Notes under the pieces: generated by a model
What the model was told of the DNA's origin: nothing
What the model saw: the letters and a program-made list of their open reading frames with translations, nothing else
Databases searched by the model: none
Origin: an uncultured cyanobacterium
Lineage (GTDB): Bacteria; Cyanobacteriota; Cyanobacteriia; Cyanobacteriales; Nostocaceae
Length of the DNA: 64,000 nucleotides
Direction: 5' to 3'
Assembly: GCA_963740315.1 (NCBI GenBank)
Contig: CAVUDP010000001.1
Location: 864,001-928,000, forward strand
Program-made: the position numbers and the translations under genes
Part shown: piece after piece, positions 31,012 through 41,991 of the stretch
Position numbering within the stretch: the stretch's first letter is position 1
Layout of the letters: each line of letters starts with the position of its first letter

Positions 31012-31794
31012 TTAATCTAATAAAAATCTGCGCTTAACTTGCTGTACAGGTCTTGCATTCATAGGAAAGATTTTAGCAAACTTCTGTACTTGCCGTTGGG
31101 AAACTTCTACGGGTTCTTTTAAAACAATCCAATTTACAGTTTCGGAGCAAGGTGGTGTAGTTAAAGAGCCGAAGTAACGATAATAATCTTTGTTTTTTGG
31201 TAACAATTGGGCAGCATTAATACTAATATTTTGTTTAGTTATCTTTTGCTCTTTTTGCATCGGCATATTTTGCCAAACTTGCTGTAATGCCTGGTTTTCT
31301 TGACCTTGTTTGAGAAAAACACCAATCACAGCTAAAGAACCTTTTTCACTTTTATGAACTAAATGTAATTCCATCGGTAATGCTTTACCTTCAACTTGAT
31401 GTTCGCTGGGATTATGAAAGTGAAATTGTAGTAATTCATAAGGTTCATTATCAAGCATTAATATACTTCCCGGCTGATAATCAACTTGGATAGTATGACC
31501 ATTATTAATAATACTAAGAGGAGTCTTTTGATAATTTATTTTTAAGGGCGGTAAATCCGCATCGATCGCCTTTTGAAGATTAACTGGAGACTGGCTTTTA
31601 CCTGACTGACAAGCATAGTAATCTGATGATATATTACCCCAGTTTTCGGGACCTTCTTTACCAATATAACCCCAATGAGATTTATCTTTTTCGAGTGATA
31701 CTGATGACGTGAATGAACTACAGCCAAACAAAGAACTTACTGCGATTCCAGTAGCTGCAACCAAACCCTTTCTTAGTAATTGTCTTCTATCCAT
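31012..31794 (-). CDS. ecaA: Alpha-class carbonic anhydrase with Tat/lipoprotein-like signal
   Basis: DRRQLL, LFGC, QSPVN, QFHFH..SEH..ELHLVH, GSLTTPPCSE, NARPVQ. Confidence 0.9.
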   Translation of the reverse strand: MDRRQLLRKGLVAATGIAVSSLFGCSSFTSSVSLEKDKSHWGYIGKEGPENWGNISSDYYACQSGKSQSPVNLQKAIDADLPPLKINYQKTPLSIINNGHTIQVDYQPGSILMLDNEPYELLQFHFHNPSEHQVEGKALPMELHLVHKSEKGSLAVIGVFLKQGQENQALQQVWQNMPMQKEQKITKQNISINAAQLLPKNKDYYRYFGSLTTPPCSETVNWIVLKEPVEVSQRQVQKFAKIFPMNARPVQQVKRRFLLD

Positions 31795-32148
31795 AAGTGT
31801 TTGCGATCGCATCCAATGCCACATTAATTTATTCGACGAAATTTAGCTTTAGTGCATTTAGTCAAGTACAACAAGACACATTGTATAAATAAATAATTGA
31901 TTTGTCATATTTATTTAATCTTGATTAATTTTTATTATTGTTTGCCTGGTGAGTTACTGTTGTTCTTTGTTCACTTCCAGATTAAATATTTTGTAATTAT
32001 GTTTACAAGCTATCTAGTTTTAGCGGAAAATATTTCAAGCAAGGATGCAATACCGTTGTTATTTTCTTCGATCGCTAATCATCTAGCGAAAAAGCAGTAA
32101 AACAAACGCATTCGTTGTTAAAATCGTAAATCTAAAATCTCAAATAAA

Positions 32149-32547
32149 ATGACTCAAACTTCAGAAAACACTTTAAAAGTGGCACATCAGGCGTTTGAAT
32201 ATTTTACGCATGGTTTAGCGACAGGAGAATGGAATAATTTTTTAGATATGCTTACAGAAGACTTTAGCTTCTGGTTTCCCCAAGGAAAATACCACGGTTT
32301 AAATGTCGGCAAACAGCAAGCAAAGGAATTTTTAGAATACGTTGCTTCTTCGTTTAATTCCGGACTTAAAATAACTTCATTAGAAAGAGTTACCAGCAAC
32401 GATACAACAGTTGTATTTGAATTTTGCGACGAAGGAAAGTTAATGGGAGAACCTTATAAAAACCGAGTCGCAGTATCCTTTGATGTGCGTAAAGATAAAA
32501 TTTACGGATACCGCGAATACTTTGGTAGCGATGGAAAATCGAATTGA
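32149..32547 (+). CDS. SnoaL/NTF2-like protein
   Basis: FLDMLTEDF..W, YKNRVA..F..R..KI..YREYF. Confidence 0.85.
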   Translation: MTQTSENTLKVAHQAFEYFTHGLATGEWNNFLDMLTEDFSFWFPQGKYHGLNVGKQQAKEFLEYVASSFNSGLKITSLERVTSNDTTVVFEFCDEGKLMGEPYKNRVAVSFDVRKDKIYGYREYFGSDGKSN

Positions 32548-32549
32548 AC

Positions 32550-32669
32550 TGACATTTTGCATGATTCTCAAGAAGCCTAAAGAAACCCGGTTTCTTGTCG
32601 TGAAAGCGTGAATATCTCGTTGGGAAACACTATTGAAACCGGGTTTCTGAAACTGGTGCAAGATTTGAG
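32550..32669. mobile_element. MITE-like element with an internal GAAACCCGGTTTC pair
   Basis: TGACATTTTGCA...TGCAAGATTTGA imperfect inverted ends. Confidence 0.5.
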
Positions 32670-32705
32670 ATTGAATCAATTATCAATTACCAATTACCCA
32701 TTAAC

Positions 32706-33170
32706 TTAATTATTCTCAATATTTGGTTGACTGAGTTCCTGACATTTAGCTGCTGCGGCTTCATAAGCTGATAAATATTCTTTACCGCCTAACATTACAT
32801 CCCCATAATATTCATAAGGTGTATCACCATAGATTGGCAATGGGTCATCTTCGGGATAATCTTCTTTTGACTCATCGATTATCCTTTTAAGCTTTTTAGC
32901 AGTGAAAGTATGTGCTGTAAAATACCACATTTCTTGAGAATCGTTGGCTAAATGCGGTAAATTGGGGTCGAGTATTCGCGAATCTAACTCTATCCAAGCG
33001 TGTTCGAGAAGTTGGAAAGGTTTACGTTTAATAACCAAAAAACCTTGAGCATAAACTGCACCCTCAGTAGCCAATACCGCTTTATAAGCATTGTCAAAGG
33101 GTTTTTTAGCTTTACTTTTGATTTGAGTGGCAATTTCATGGGAACCAGCTTCATCCAGTAACTTATCCAT
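32706..33170 (-). CDS. Conserved cyanobacterial hypothetical protein
   Basis: PFDNAY, YAQGFLV, EHAWIE, DYPEDDPLPIYG. Confidence 0.75.
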   Translation of the reverse strand: MDKLLDEAGSHEIATQIKSKAKKPFDNAYKAVLATEGAVYAQGFLVIKRKPFQLLEHAWIELDSRILDPNLPHLANDSQEMWYFTAHTFTAKKLKRIIDESKEDYPEDDPLPIYGDTPYEYYGDVMLGGKEYLSAYEAAAAKCQELSQPNIENN

Positions 33171-33247
33171 CAGTAGCAAGGATAAAAGCATAGACTACAG
33201 TTTATAGTTTACAGGTTACAGGTCAAAGGTCTGCATGTCAAAGGTTA

Positions 33248-33480
33248 GGAGTGAGGAGTGAGGAGTTAAGAGTTAAGAGTTAAGAATTATCTACCCCATC
33301 TCCCCATCTCCTCCTCTCCCCATCTCCTCCTCTCCCCATCTCCCCAAAGGTTACTGAGCAGTTCGACGTAGCTCACTGTAAGACTTGTCGAAGTACTCCC
33401 CATCTCCCCAAAGGTTACTGAGCAGTTCGACGTAGCTCACTGTAAGACTTGTCGAAGTACTCCCCCTCTCCCCCATCTCC
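33248..33480. repeat. STRR tract with two tandem 64-bp composite repeats
   Basis: CAAAGGTTACTGAGCAGTTCGACG...GTCGAAGTACTCCCC at 33345 and 33409. Confidence 0.85.
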
Positions 33481-36413
33481 CTACCAAGCAAATCCAATTG
33501 CGATCGCAGTTAATACACTAAATCCCAAAGTGATAAGCCCACTAAATAATACTTTTTGATAAATGCGGTTTAGTTTGTCTTCGCTAAGTTTTCTTTGGTT
33601 TCTCTCAATTTTTAGTTCGGCAATTAGTTCATTTATTCTTGGTTTTTGCTGCTTCTGAATAAATGCTGCTAAATAATCGTGTACGAGTTGATATCTATCG
33701 GCGGGATTTTCGGGGATTAAAACAACTATCCCTGCTTCTACAAAAATCCGCAATACTAAATCTAATTGATTGGTTTCTTTGCTTAATTCTTCTAAAGATA
33801 AGGCTCGTAAGTTTCTTTCCAATTCCGAGCGAGTTTTTAAGGGACGGGTACCTTTTTCATCTGTAAGTAAATATAATAATAGTTCAGCTACGTGACGATT
33901 TATTTCGCCACAGTCTTCTACTACTTCTTTCATGTAGCGCTTGACTAGTTCTTCTTTGGGACCGCAATTTTTATAATGAACTAATGTTGTAATATTTTCG
34001 GTTTGTAGTTGCGCTCCAACTACTTGTAATTCAATTGGGCGCACTTCTCCGTATTTAGCTGATAAATCTTGCACCAGTTGCTCTATAAAACTTTGTTCTA
34101 AATGAAAATTTGAATGTTGTGTCAGGCGTTCAATTAAAGATTTAGCGTCTGAAGATGCAAAGTTATCTAATTTATAAAGTATATTTTTACTGAGAATATC
34201 ATTGCTAATAATATTCATGCTGGATAAACGATTGCATTCTAATAGATAATGTAGATAATCTTCACGTAAAGACAAAATAACTTTGACATTTAGAATATTA
34301 AGACATTCTCCCATAAATTCAAAAAACTGCTTTCTTCGAGTAGCTGAATCATAAACAAAGAAGAATTCTTCAAATTGATCGAAAATTAATACTATTCTTA
34401 AATTACGCCATTCACTTTGCCGCAATAATTCTAAAATATCTTCTGGTGATTCAGGATTCGAGAATGGAAAATGATAAACTTTTTTTCGTATTTCTCCTTC
34501 GATTCCAAATTGCATTCCTTTAGATTGTAATGCTTGAACTAATAATTTTCCTAATTCATATACCCAATTCGTGTAAATCTTTACTGATATTGGTACTATT
34601 TCCTGTAAGCCAATAGAACTGTGTTTTAAAGCTGGTACTAATCCCGCTTGTACTAAAGAACTTTTACCTACCCCGGAATATCCATGAATAACGATCATTT
34701 TACAGTCGGGACGAGCAATCTTTTCTAATAATTTTTGTACGTCTCTTCCTCTACCAGATGCAGTCATTTCCGGTGCGACTGTTTCTAATACAGATGCTGC
34801 CTGTATGGAAGCTGTATGTAAAGTTTCTACAATTAATGAGGCTTGTCTTTGCGGTTGAATTATCCCCGCACCAATAAAGGCTCTAAAACCATATTGTTGT
34901 TCGATAGAACGCTGTTCTAATTTAACGCGAAATGCTTCTAAATAACGATATTGTTCCCAATATACTTCGCGTAAAGCCTGTAAAATACGAATATATTGAT
35001 GCGGGTTATCTTGAGAACCAATATCCCTTGCCATTTGTAGATGTTTTACCGATCGCGATTTTTGTTCGATATGTCTTTCTGCTATAGCTAATAAAAGTAA
35101 ATATAAGGCGCGATGTTGTAATTGTGCTGACGGTGCTTTGGCGATATTATGTAAAGCTTGATAAGCATATTGTTTCGCTTGATTCCATTGATTTTGGCTC
35201 GATGCAACCTCCGCTAAAAAGCCGTAAGCTTGCGCTACCCGCAGGGGATTACCATATAATTGCTGTAAATCCAAAGACTTTTGAGCAATATTTTTTAATT
35301 CACCCCAATCTGACAAACGTTGTAAAACTTCACCCAAAGGATTAATAAATTTAGCAACTAAATTGGGACGATTTGCTTTAATAAAAATATCAATACTTTG
35401 CTGAAAATATTTTTTCGCGTCTTGTAAAAAATCAACAGATTTTAAACGATATCTTTGAGCTTGTTGAAAATAGCATAACCCGATATAAAACAAAATTACT
35501 CCCATCCGGAATTTAGGATTAGCAAGAAGAGGGAGGTGACAAGGGGATGAGACAAGGGGAGTAGGAGAATAAATTTTTTCTTGTTTGATGGATAATCGAT
35601 CGCTGTCAATTGAATCCCAAAAAGCCAAACTTTGATGATAAAATTTCAAAGCTTGCTCGATCTCACTTTTTAGATAAGCATCTTGTCCCAAAACAAACTC
35701 TACACTAGCTTTGAGAGCAGGTTCTAACTCATGTCCCCTACCTTGTAAATCTTGCAACGCAGTAATCACCTCTCGACGACGCAGATATCCCATTTGCCAA
35801 CCCAAACAGTAAGCGTCTGCCGCCAAAGCTGTAGCAAATAAAGCATCGGTATCTTCCTTTAGAGTTGTGGTTAACTCATTGGTAGCGATCGCAAATTCCG
35901 TAGTAGTAGCCCAACTCTCGAAATCGCTTGCCGAGCGCACCAATTGCGGTAAAACTTCATCCGTCACCCACAGCACAACGGGGAAATTAAACTGCTTGCG
36001 AAACTCCTCCCGCACCTGATTGCTAGCACTCAACATTTGTTTTAAATTATGCACCGACTCTAAGTAAAAAACCATCAAAGCATCCGGTGGATTATCCTTA
36101 ACCTCACAAGCAATAGTTCCATACAAAGTCTTATCAGTAGGCTTCAAATTAAGAATCCGGACATCAATATCCGTAAGCTGTCGCAAGCGCTTTACCAAAC
36201 GCGATCGCAATCTTAAATAATTACACCGCGCCAAAATCAACTTAAACTCACCCACCGAAGCTTCCAAAGTCCAAGCAAGTTCCTCTAAGCCTTGTTGGTT
36301 GGAGAGGGGGAGAGGGAGAGAGGGGGAAGAGGGGGAGAGGGGGGAGAAATATTTACATTGTCATCTTTTCCCTTTTTTCGTAATCCTTTACTATCTTCTA
36401 ATTCTTCATTCAT
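33481..36413 (-). CDS. Degenerate-ATPase/TPR/nSTAND1 NTPase protein; probable start at 36413 is out of frame with the main ORF (33481-36267)
   Basis: TPR helices, Walker A GYSGVGKS, Walker B VLIFDQFEE, RPIELQVVG, YQLVHDYL, C-terminal TM helix. Confidence 0.75.
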
Positions 36414-36467
36414 AACTTCTAACTCTTAACTCTTGATTCATAACTCCTAACTCCTAACTCCTAACTT

Positions 36468-37829
36468 CTAACTCCTAACTTCTAACTCACTTGCCTCTGC
36501 CAAAATAGGATTGATGTCAAACCAAGATTCGCCACCAGCATCGCGGTATTCAAATACCAAACGACTGTGAATTAAAGTTTGATATTCCCAATCACCTCTT
36601 ACCTTTTTTCGTTTCTTAACCTGACGCAACAATTCCCATTCATCATCAGAAATTTGCATAGTCATTTCATTCCGACGGTAACGAATCAAAGCTTCTAAAG
36701 TTTGACGCGACAAAGGAAGTTTTCTCTCTCTTTGAATCCAATTATTCAACAACCGCAGCAAATCCCGCACGTGTCCACCACTAACCTGACATAATCTATC
36801 TAGGCTTTTTGCATCGTCGAAGATTTCAGTAATTCTATTTAAACGCTGTTGTGGATTCAAATCGGGAAAAGCCCGCGCTAAAACCATTTGTCGTAACAAC
36901 ACCATCCCTGGTTCAAAGCTGCTACCGTCTGGTAATTCTACTGATACCATTGGTAACACTCTAGGGTCTTCGGGAAAACGTTGAGTTAAGTTTCCGTAGT
37001 CACTTGAGAACTTTAATGCTAAAGGCATCGTGTAAACAACATGACAACGCAACTTAGTTAAATACTCGCTCTGATCGATAAATAGATACTCTTGTTGCGG
37101 TCTTCCCCAAGACTTAGCGCGAGAATCCACGCGATCGAGATTATCCACTATCACCACCAAACCATTCTTACCATGCTGCTTTAACTTTTCTACAGCAGGT
37201 TCGAGTAATTCAGAATTAATCGCCTCCAACAACTTAGTCTTTTGAGGACCCAAATACTGATTTAAACGCCCTCGTAAAGTTGCATCATCCTTCGTCTTCG
37301 CCGTAATTTCTCCAATCCCAAAAGCCAGAGAAAACCGATCGGAATCCGAACTAACACCAACATCTCCAACACCCGGAAGTTTAGCCTTAATGCCCATAAC
37401 TTCTGCATTTAGAACCCGCCAAGCACCCTGTAGTAACTCCTTCAACAGACTGGGTTCATCCAAACTTATATTATCTAAACTCTGACTAACCCGACGCGCC
37501 ACACTCAGCAGAAAATCGCCGATATCAACATCAGCCATTTCCATATCTTCACTAGACTCAAAATAGACAACATAAAAGCCTTCTGCTTCCAGTTCCGTCT
37601 TCAGCCTTAACAACTCAGTAGACTTGCCGCAGCCAATATGTCCCGTAAACAACACGCAAGTAGGTTCTTCCGGCGAGAAAAAAGTAATATTATCCCGCAA
37701 CTCCTCAATAATCTTGCCACCTCTTACCGAAGAAAAATCAATATAATACTTTTCGTCTTCAGCATTTTCGATCGCCAGAGTTTTGCTAGGATTCGTAGCT
37801 TGAAAAAACTTTCGTAAATCTATGTTCAT
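36468..37829 (-). CDS. P-loop ATPase (STAND/KAP-like), partner of the downstream gene
   Basis: Walker A GHIGCGKS, Walker B VVIVDNLDRV, SGGHVRDLLRL, WFDINP. Confidence 0.85.
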   Translation of the reverse strand: MNIDLRKFFQATNPSKTLAIENAEDEKYYIDFSSVRGGKIIEELRDNITFFSPEEPTCVLFTGHIGCGKSTELLRLKTELEAEGFYVVYFESSEDMEMADVDIGDFLLSVARRVSQSLDNISLDEPSLLKELLQGAWRVLNAEVMGIKAKLPGVGDVGVSSDSDRFSLAFGIGEITAKTKDDATLRGRLNQYLGPQKTKLLEAINSELLEPAVEKLKQHGKNGLVVIVDNLDRVDSRAKSWGRPQQEYLFIDQSEYLTKLRCHVVYTMPLALKFSSDYGNLTQRFPEDPRVLPMVSVELPDGSSFEPGMVLLRQMVLARAFPDLNPQQRLNRITEIFDDAKSLDRLCQVSGGHVRDLLRLLNNWIQRERKLPLSRQTLEALIRYRRNEMTMQISDDEWELLRQVKKRKKVRGDWEYQTLIHSRLVFEYRDAGGESWFDINPILAEASELEVRS

Positions 37830-37905
37830 ACCACCAAACCCGTATTTTTAATAACCTCTCAACCCCAATAGATTTACCAGCAGCGTTACTGTACTAGTAT
37901 TTGTT

Positions 37906-38162
37906 CGTAGTAAGGGCATTGGTTCCCTTCCATGCGAGGATTTTAATCGTCAGAATAAGAGTTAAAACTCTTACTACGAACTTTTCTACTCATCATAATT
38001 AAGTTTGTAGTAAGGGCTTTAGCCCTTGTCACAAATCATCAGATAGGAGAGTTAAAACTCTTACTACGAATCTTTCTACTCATCATAATTAAGTTTGTAG
38101 TAAGGGCTTTAGCCCTTCAAGGGAACCAATCCTCAGATAAGATTAAAACTCTTACTACGAAC
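37906..38162. repeat. Three tandem GTAGTAAGGG...CTTACTAC REP units
   Basis: Each unit ends TTAAAACTCTTACTACGAA; the first two are followed by the same linker. Confidence 0.85.
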
Positions 38163-38395
38163 CTTTCTACCCATCAGATTTGTTTTGTAATGTTCGCGTT
38201 TAACTTTCTGCTAATAGCAAGATCGCAAGATGCTGTCCTAAGAGGACACGCTACGCGAACGCACTAAAACTAGAATTAATACTTAAGAAAAAAGCACTAC
38301 AACATCAAACTTATACTATGGTATAGTCCTGATTAACAAAGTGTTAAGTGATAAAATATACTTTTATAAATTAACTTACTACTAGATTACAAATA

Positions 38396-38670
38396 GGTTA
38401 AAGGTTAAAGGTTAAAGGTTAAAGGTCAAAGGTTAAAATTCTTTTTGTCTCCCCATCTCCCCATCTCCCCATCTCCCCATCTCCCCATCTCCCCATCTCC
38501 CCATCTCCCCATCTCCCCATCTCCCCATCTCCCCATCTCCCCATCTCCCCATCTCCCCATCTCCCCATCTCCCCATCTCCCCATCTCCCCATCTCCCCAT
38601 CTCCCCATCTCCCCATCTCCCCATCTCCCCATCCCCCCATCCCCCCATCTCCCCATCCCCCCATCCCCCT
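38396..38670. repeat. (AAAGGTT)n followed by a long (CCCCATCT)n tract
   Basis: About 220 bp of near-perfect octamer repeat upstream of chlI. Confidence 0.97.
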
Positions 38671-38740
38671 CTATCCTCCAATCCCCTGATATGGCAAAAT
38701 AAAAACGGTGATAAGTTAAATATATTAAGGTAATTTATAG

Positions 38741-39856
38741 GTGAGTTCTACTAAAAAAACTGCTATTGCGCGGCGCGTGGTATTCCCTTTTACTGCCATT
38801 GTGGGTCAGGAAGAAATGAAGCTGGCTCTAATTTTGAATGTGATTGACCCCAAGGTTGGCGGCGTGATGATAATGGGCGATCGCGGAACTGGAAAATCAA
38901 CCACGATTCGAGCGCTTGCGGATTTACTTCCAGAAATTCCCGTTGTGGCTGGCGATCCCTTCAATTCCGATCCTAACGATACAGATATGATGGGTGATGA
39001 AGCTCGTCAAAAGTTGGAGTCAGGTGAAGATATTGCTGTAGAACAGATGAAGGTGCCAATGGTAGATTTACCGTTGGGAGCCACAGAAGACCGAGTTTGC
39101 GGCACTATTGATATTGAAAAAGCTTTATCGGAAGGCGTAAAAGCCTTTGAACCGGGACTTTTAGCCAAAGCCAATCGGGGTATTCTCTACGTTGATGAAG
39201 TCAACTTATTAGATGACCACCTAGTAGACGTTCTCTTAGACTCCGCCGCTAGCGGTTGGAACACCGTCGAACGTGAAGGAATTTCCATTCGTCACCCAGC
39301 GCGTTTTGTTTTAGTTGGTTCGGGGAACCCAGAAGAAGGCGAATTACGACCCCAATTACTTGACAGATTTGGAATGCACGCCGAAATTCGCACCGTTAGA
39401 GAACCAGCATTAAGAGTGCAAATCGTCGAACAAAGGTCAGAATTTGACCAAAATCCGGCTGCATTCATCGAAAAATACCAACAACATCAAGAAGAACTAC
39501 AACAGCGCATCATTAAAGCCCAAGAACTTTTACCCTCCGTTAATATGGATTACGACTACCGGGTAAAAATTTCCGAAATATGTTCTGAATTAGATGTAGA
39601 TGGTTTACGCGGTGACATTGTAAGCAACCGCGCCGCCAAAGCCTTAACCGCCTTTGAAGGACGTAACGATGTCACCGTAGACGACATTCGTCGCGTTATC
39701 GCCCTCTGCCTGCGTCACCGACTGCGGAAAGATCCTTTAGAATCCATCGATACCGGCTACAAAGTAGAGAAAACCTTCTCCCGCGTCTTCGGCGTAGAAC
39801 TTCCAGAAGATGCAGCCAACCTCAACGGAACCGGAGAAAAAGTAAAAGCAAGGTAA
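38741..39856 (+). CDS. chlI: Magnesium chelatase ATPase subunit I
   Basis: [46 protein letters not shown]. Confidence 0.98.
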   Translation: MSSTKKTAIARRVVFPFTAIVGQEEMKLALILNVIDPKVGGVMIMGDRGTGKSTTIRALADLLPEIPVVAGDPFNSDPNDTDMMGDEARQKLESGEDIAVEQMKVPMVDLPLGATEDRVCGTIDIEKALSEGVKAFEPGLLAKANRGILYVDEVNLLDDHLVDVLLDSAASGWNTVEREGISIRHPARFVLVGSGNPEEGELRPQLLDRFGMHAEIRTVREPALRVQIVEQRSEFDQNPAAFIEKYQQHQEELQQRIIKAQELLPSVNMDYDYRVKISEICSELDVDGLRGDIVSNRAAKALTAFEGRNDVTVDDIRRVIALCLRHRLRKDPLESIDTGYKVEKTFSRVFGVELPEDAANLNGTGEKVKAR

Positions 39857-39859
39857 TTA

Positions 39860-40058
39860 GGTTAAAGGTTAAAGGTTAAAGGTTAAAGGTTAAAGGTTAA
39901 AGATTAGGAGTTGGGAATTGGGCATTGGGGATTGGGGATAGGTTAAAGGTGAAGAATAAATTTTCAACTCATAACTCATAACTCATAACTCTCCCCATCT
40001 CCCCCATCTCCCCATCCCCCCATCTCCCCCATCTCCCCCTCTCCCCCATCTCCCCCAT
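39860..40058. repeat. Mixed STRR tract
   Basis: AAAGGTT, TTGGG(A/C/G)A, ACTCATA and CCCCCATCT units. Confidence 0.9.
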
Positions 40059-40066
40059 CCATCATC

Positions 40067-40369
40067 ATGATTAGAACCTGTTACTCCTGGATACACACTT
40101 TATTTTTAGCAAGTCAATACAATCCACCGAGATTTGTGGAATTAATTATGCTCGGTATGGCATTAATAATGCTGACAATTTCCACTTTTATCGCCGATTT
40201 GCCTTATTTGATTTTGGGTTTAAGTTTCGTGGTTGGGGCATCAGTTTCTATTTTGGTAAGAGAAGCGATCGCACCAACTCCTCAAACGCGAGTTACGAAA
40301 CTAACTGCATTACTCCTGCTTGTTGTTAGCGTTTATGGTTTTGCTGACTTGTTAAAATATTTTTCTTAA
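40067..40369 (+). CDS. Small membrane protein
   Basis: 3 TM helices; PPRFVELIML. Confidence 0.7.
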   Translation: MIRTCYSWIHTLFLASQYNPPRFVELIMLGMALIMLTISTFIADLPYLILGLSFVVGASVSILVREAIAPTPQTRVTKLTALLLLVVSVYGFADLLKYFS

Positions 40370-40453
40370 TTTTACTCGCTTCCCTGTCTTAATTCTAAGA
40401 AAGGCTTGCTGAAGCGGCGATCGGTTCAAAAAATATATTCAAAATTAAATTTT

Positions 40454-40496
40454 ATATCCCGTTTGTGCTTTCAACACGAAGGGATATTTCTTTTTT
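40454..40496 (+). terminator. Putative terminator
   Basis: ATATCCC...GGGATAT stem followed by TTCTTTTTT. Confidence 0.5.
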
Positions 40497-40729
40497 ATAC
40501 ATACAATCTCAGCAGACAAAATATTAAGATATTTTAAGTAGTTAAGCATTGAATATTGTAATTTTGGCGAGGGAGTAGGCAGTAGAGGAGTAGCGAGTAG
40601 ATGTCTCCCCATCTCCCCAAAGGTTACTGAGCAGTTCGACGTAGCTCACTGTAAGACTTGTCGAAGTACTCCCCATCTCCCCATCTCCCCATCTCCCCAT
40701 CCCCCCATCCCCCCATCTCCCCATCTCCT

Positions 40730-41542
40730 TCAATCTTCCCCTACCATCAGCGGAAATCTTTCACCAGCAAGATAAGCATCAAAGTTTTTTTCAAAGTATA
40801 GCCAAGAAGTCATATCTTCCCCTTCTTTAAAAGACTTTGGGGCATTTTTATAAAGAGGTACGCGATCGCTTATTTCATCTTGCAGCAGTTGCGGTAATTC
40901 CGACAAACCTTTTACTTTACTACCATAAGCACTATAAATAAGTTGTCCGGGATTGTTACCCATTTTCATCCAGGGAACCCACTGTCCGATTCTATCCCAA
41001 CTAAGTTTTAATTGTGTTACTGAAGCTAATTCAGGGTTTAATAAATCTGCGGTGGGAACCGATAGTTTAAATAATTCCGCTGCTTGATAAGTTTCTTGGG
41101 GACTGTATTCGGCGAATTTAGGATTGGATGCTAAAGGATTGGGGTAAGTAGGAAATATATCAAATACAAAAGTTGTCGTATCGCCTTCTAATTGAGCGGG
41201 AAACTTACCTTTAAAATAGCCTTGTACGGGATTGTTAGCAACGTGCATTACTGTTACCGTTTCTCCCGTAAAAGGATTCTCCCATTTATGCAATATTTCT
41301 TCTGTTTCTGGGTTGAGATAGTAAGTTAATTCCCTAGATGTAAAATCCCAACTTCCTTCTTCGTGCAAAACACATCTACTAACACTTACCCCCAGCATTT
41401 TGAATAACAGTTTACGCTTTTCACCAGGAACAAAACCATAAATTTTACCAGCCCAAGTCAAAAAAGTTGACTCAGAAGAATCGAGAGAAGAACGAGTTTT
41501 TACCCAATGTTGGGCTTCATATTCCTTTGTTTGAGCAACCAT
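40730..41542 (-). CDS. DUF1838 family protein
   Basis: W.GKIYG..PGE..KLLF, SRELTYY..P.T, WENPFTGE, HVANNPV, WVPWMKMG. Confidence 0.85.
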   Translation of the reverse strand: MVAQTKEYEAQHWVKTRSSLDSSESTFLTWAGKIYGFVPGEKRKLLFKMLGVSVSRCVLHEEGSWDFTSRELTYYLNPETEEILHKWENPFTGETVTVMHVANNPVQGYFKGKFPAQLEGDTTTFVFDIFPTYPNPLASNPKFAEYSPQETYQAAELFKLSVPTADLLNPELASVTQLKLSWDRIGQWVPWMKMGNNPGQLIYSAYGSKVKGLSELPQLLQDEISDRVPLYKNAPKSFKEGEDMTSWLYFEKNFDAYLAGERFPLMVGED

Positions 41543-41669
41543 TGCAGTTATAAATTATCAATTATCAATTATCAATTTATACTAACTCTGAGAATCCGCT
41601 TTGATAAATTAAATTCCTAGTTGAGATAGGGTTGGCGGAAATAGGGAATAGAAAATATAGTGATTTCTG

Positions 41670-41941
41670 TAATGCGAGCATCTTGCTCGCTAGCAGTCAG
41701 GTTTACGTAATGCGAGCATCTAGCGAGCTATAAGTCACGAGCGAGCTAGAAGCTCGCACTACGAATGTGTTATCCTGCATAATTAATGTGGCTCCGTACT
41801 AGTAGTCCTTTTCATTTATTTTGATGGCTAAAAAGGTTCGTAGTAAGCGCTTAAGCGCCTCCGGATTTAGGGAACCAATGCCCTTACTACAAATCTGGAT
41901 TTAGGGCTTAAGCCCTTACTACAAACCTATCAAATCACTAG
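41670..41941. repeat. REP/SDR cluster with a CTAG-type element
   Basis: GCGAGCATCTTGCTCGC palindromes, CTAGTAGT at 41799, GTAGTAAG..CTTACTAC units. Confidence 0.7.
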
Positions 41942-41991
41942 GGAGCAAGATAGCGGACACTACCAACCATCTGTTTTCTATTGGCAACTGC

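Noticed and set aside
37906..38162. Mini CRISPR-like repeat/spacer pattern
   Set aside because: Units are the dispersed GTAGTAAG REP family and the linkers are related to each other
38419..38702. ORFs with MGRWGDGE / SPHLPI repeats
   Set aside because: Translations of the octamer STRR; same for 19837-20106, 40542-40733 and 44261-44536
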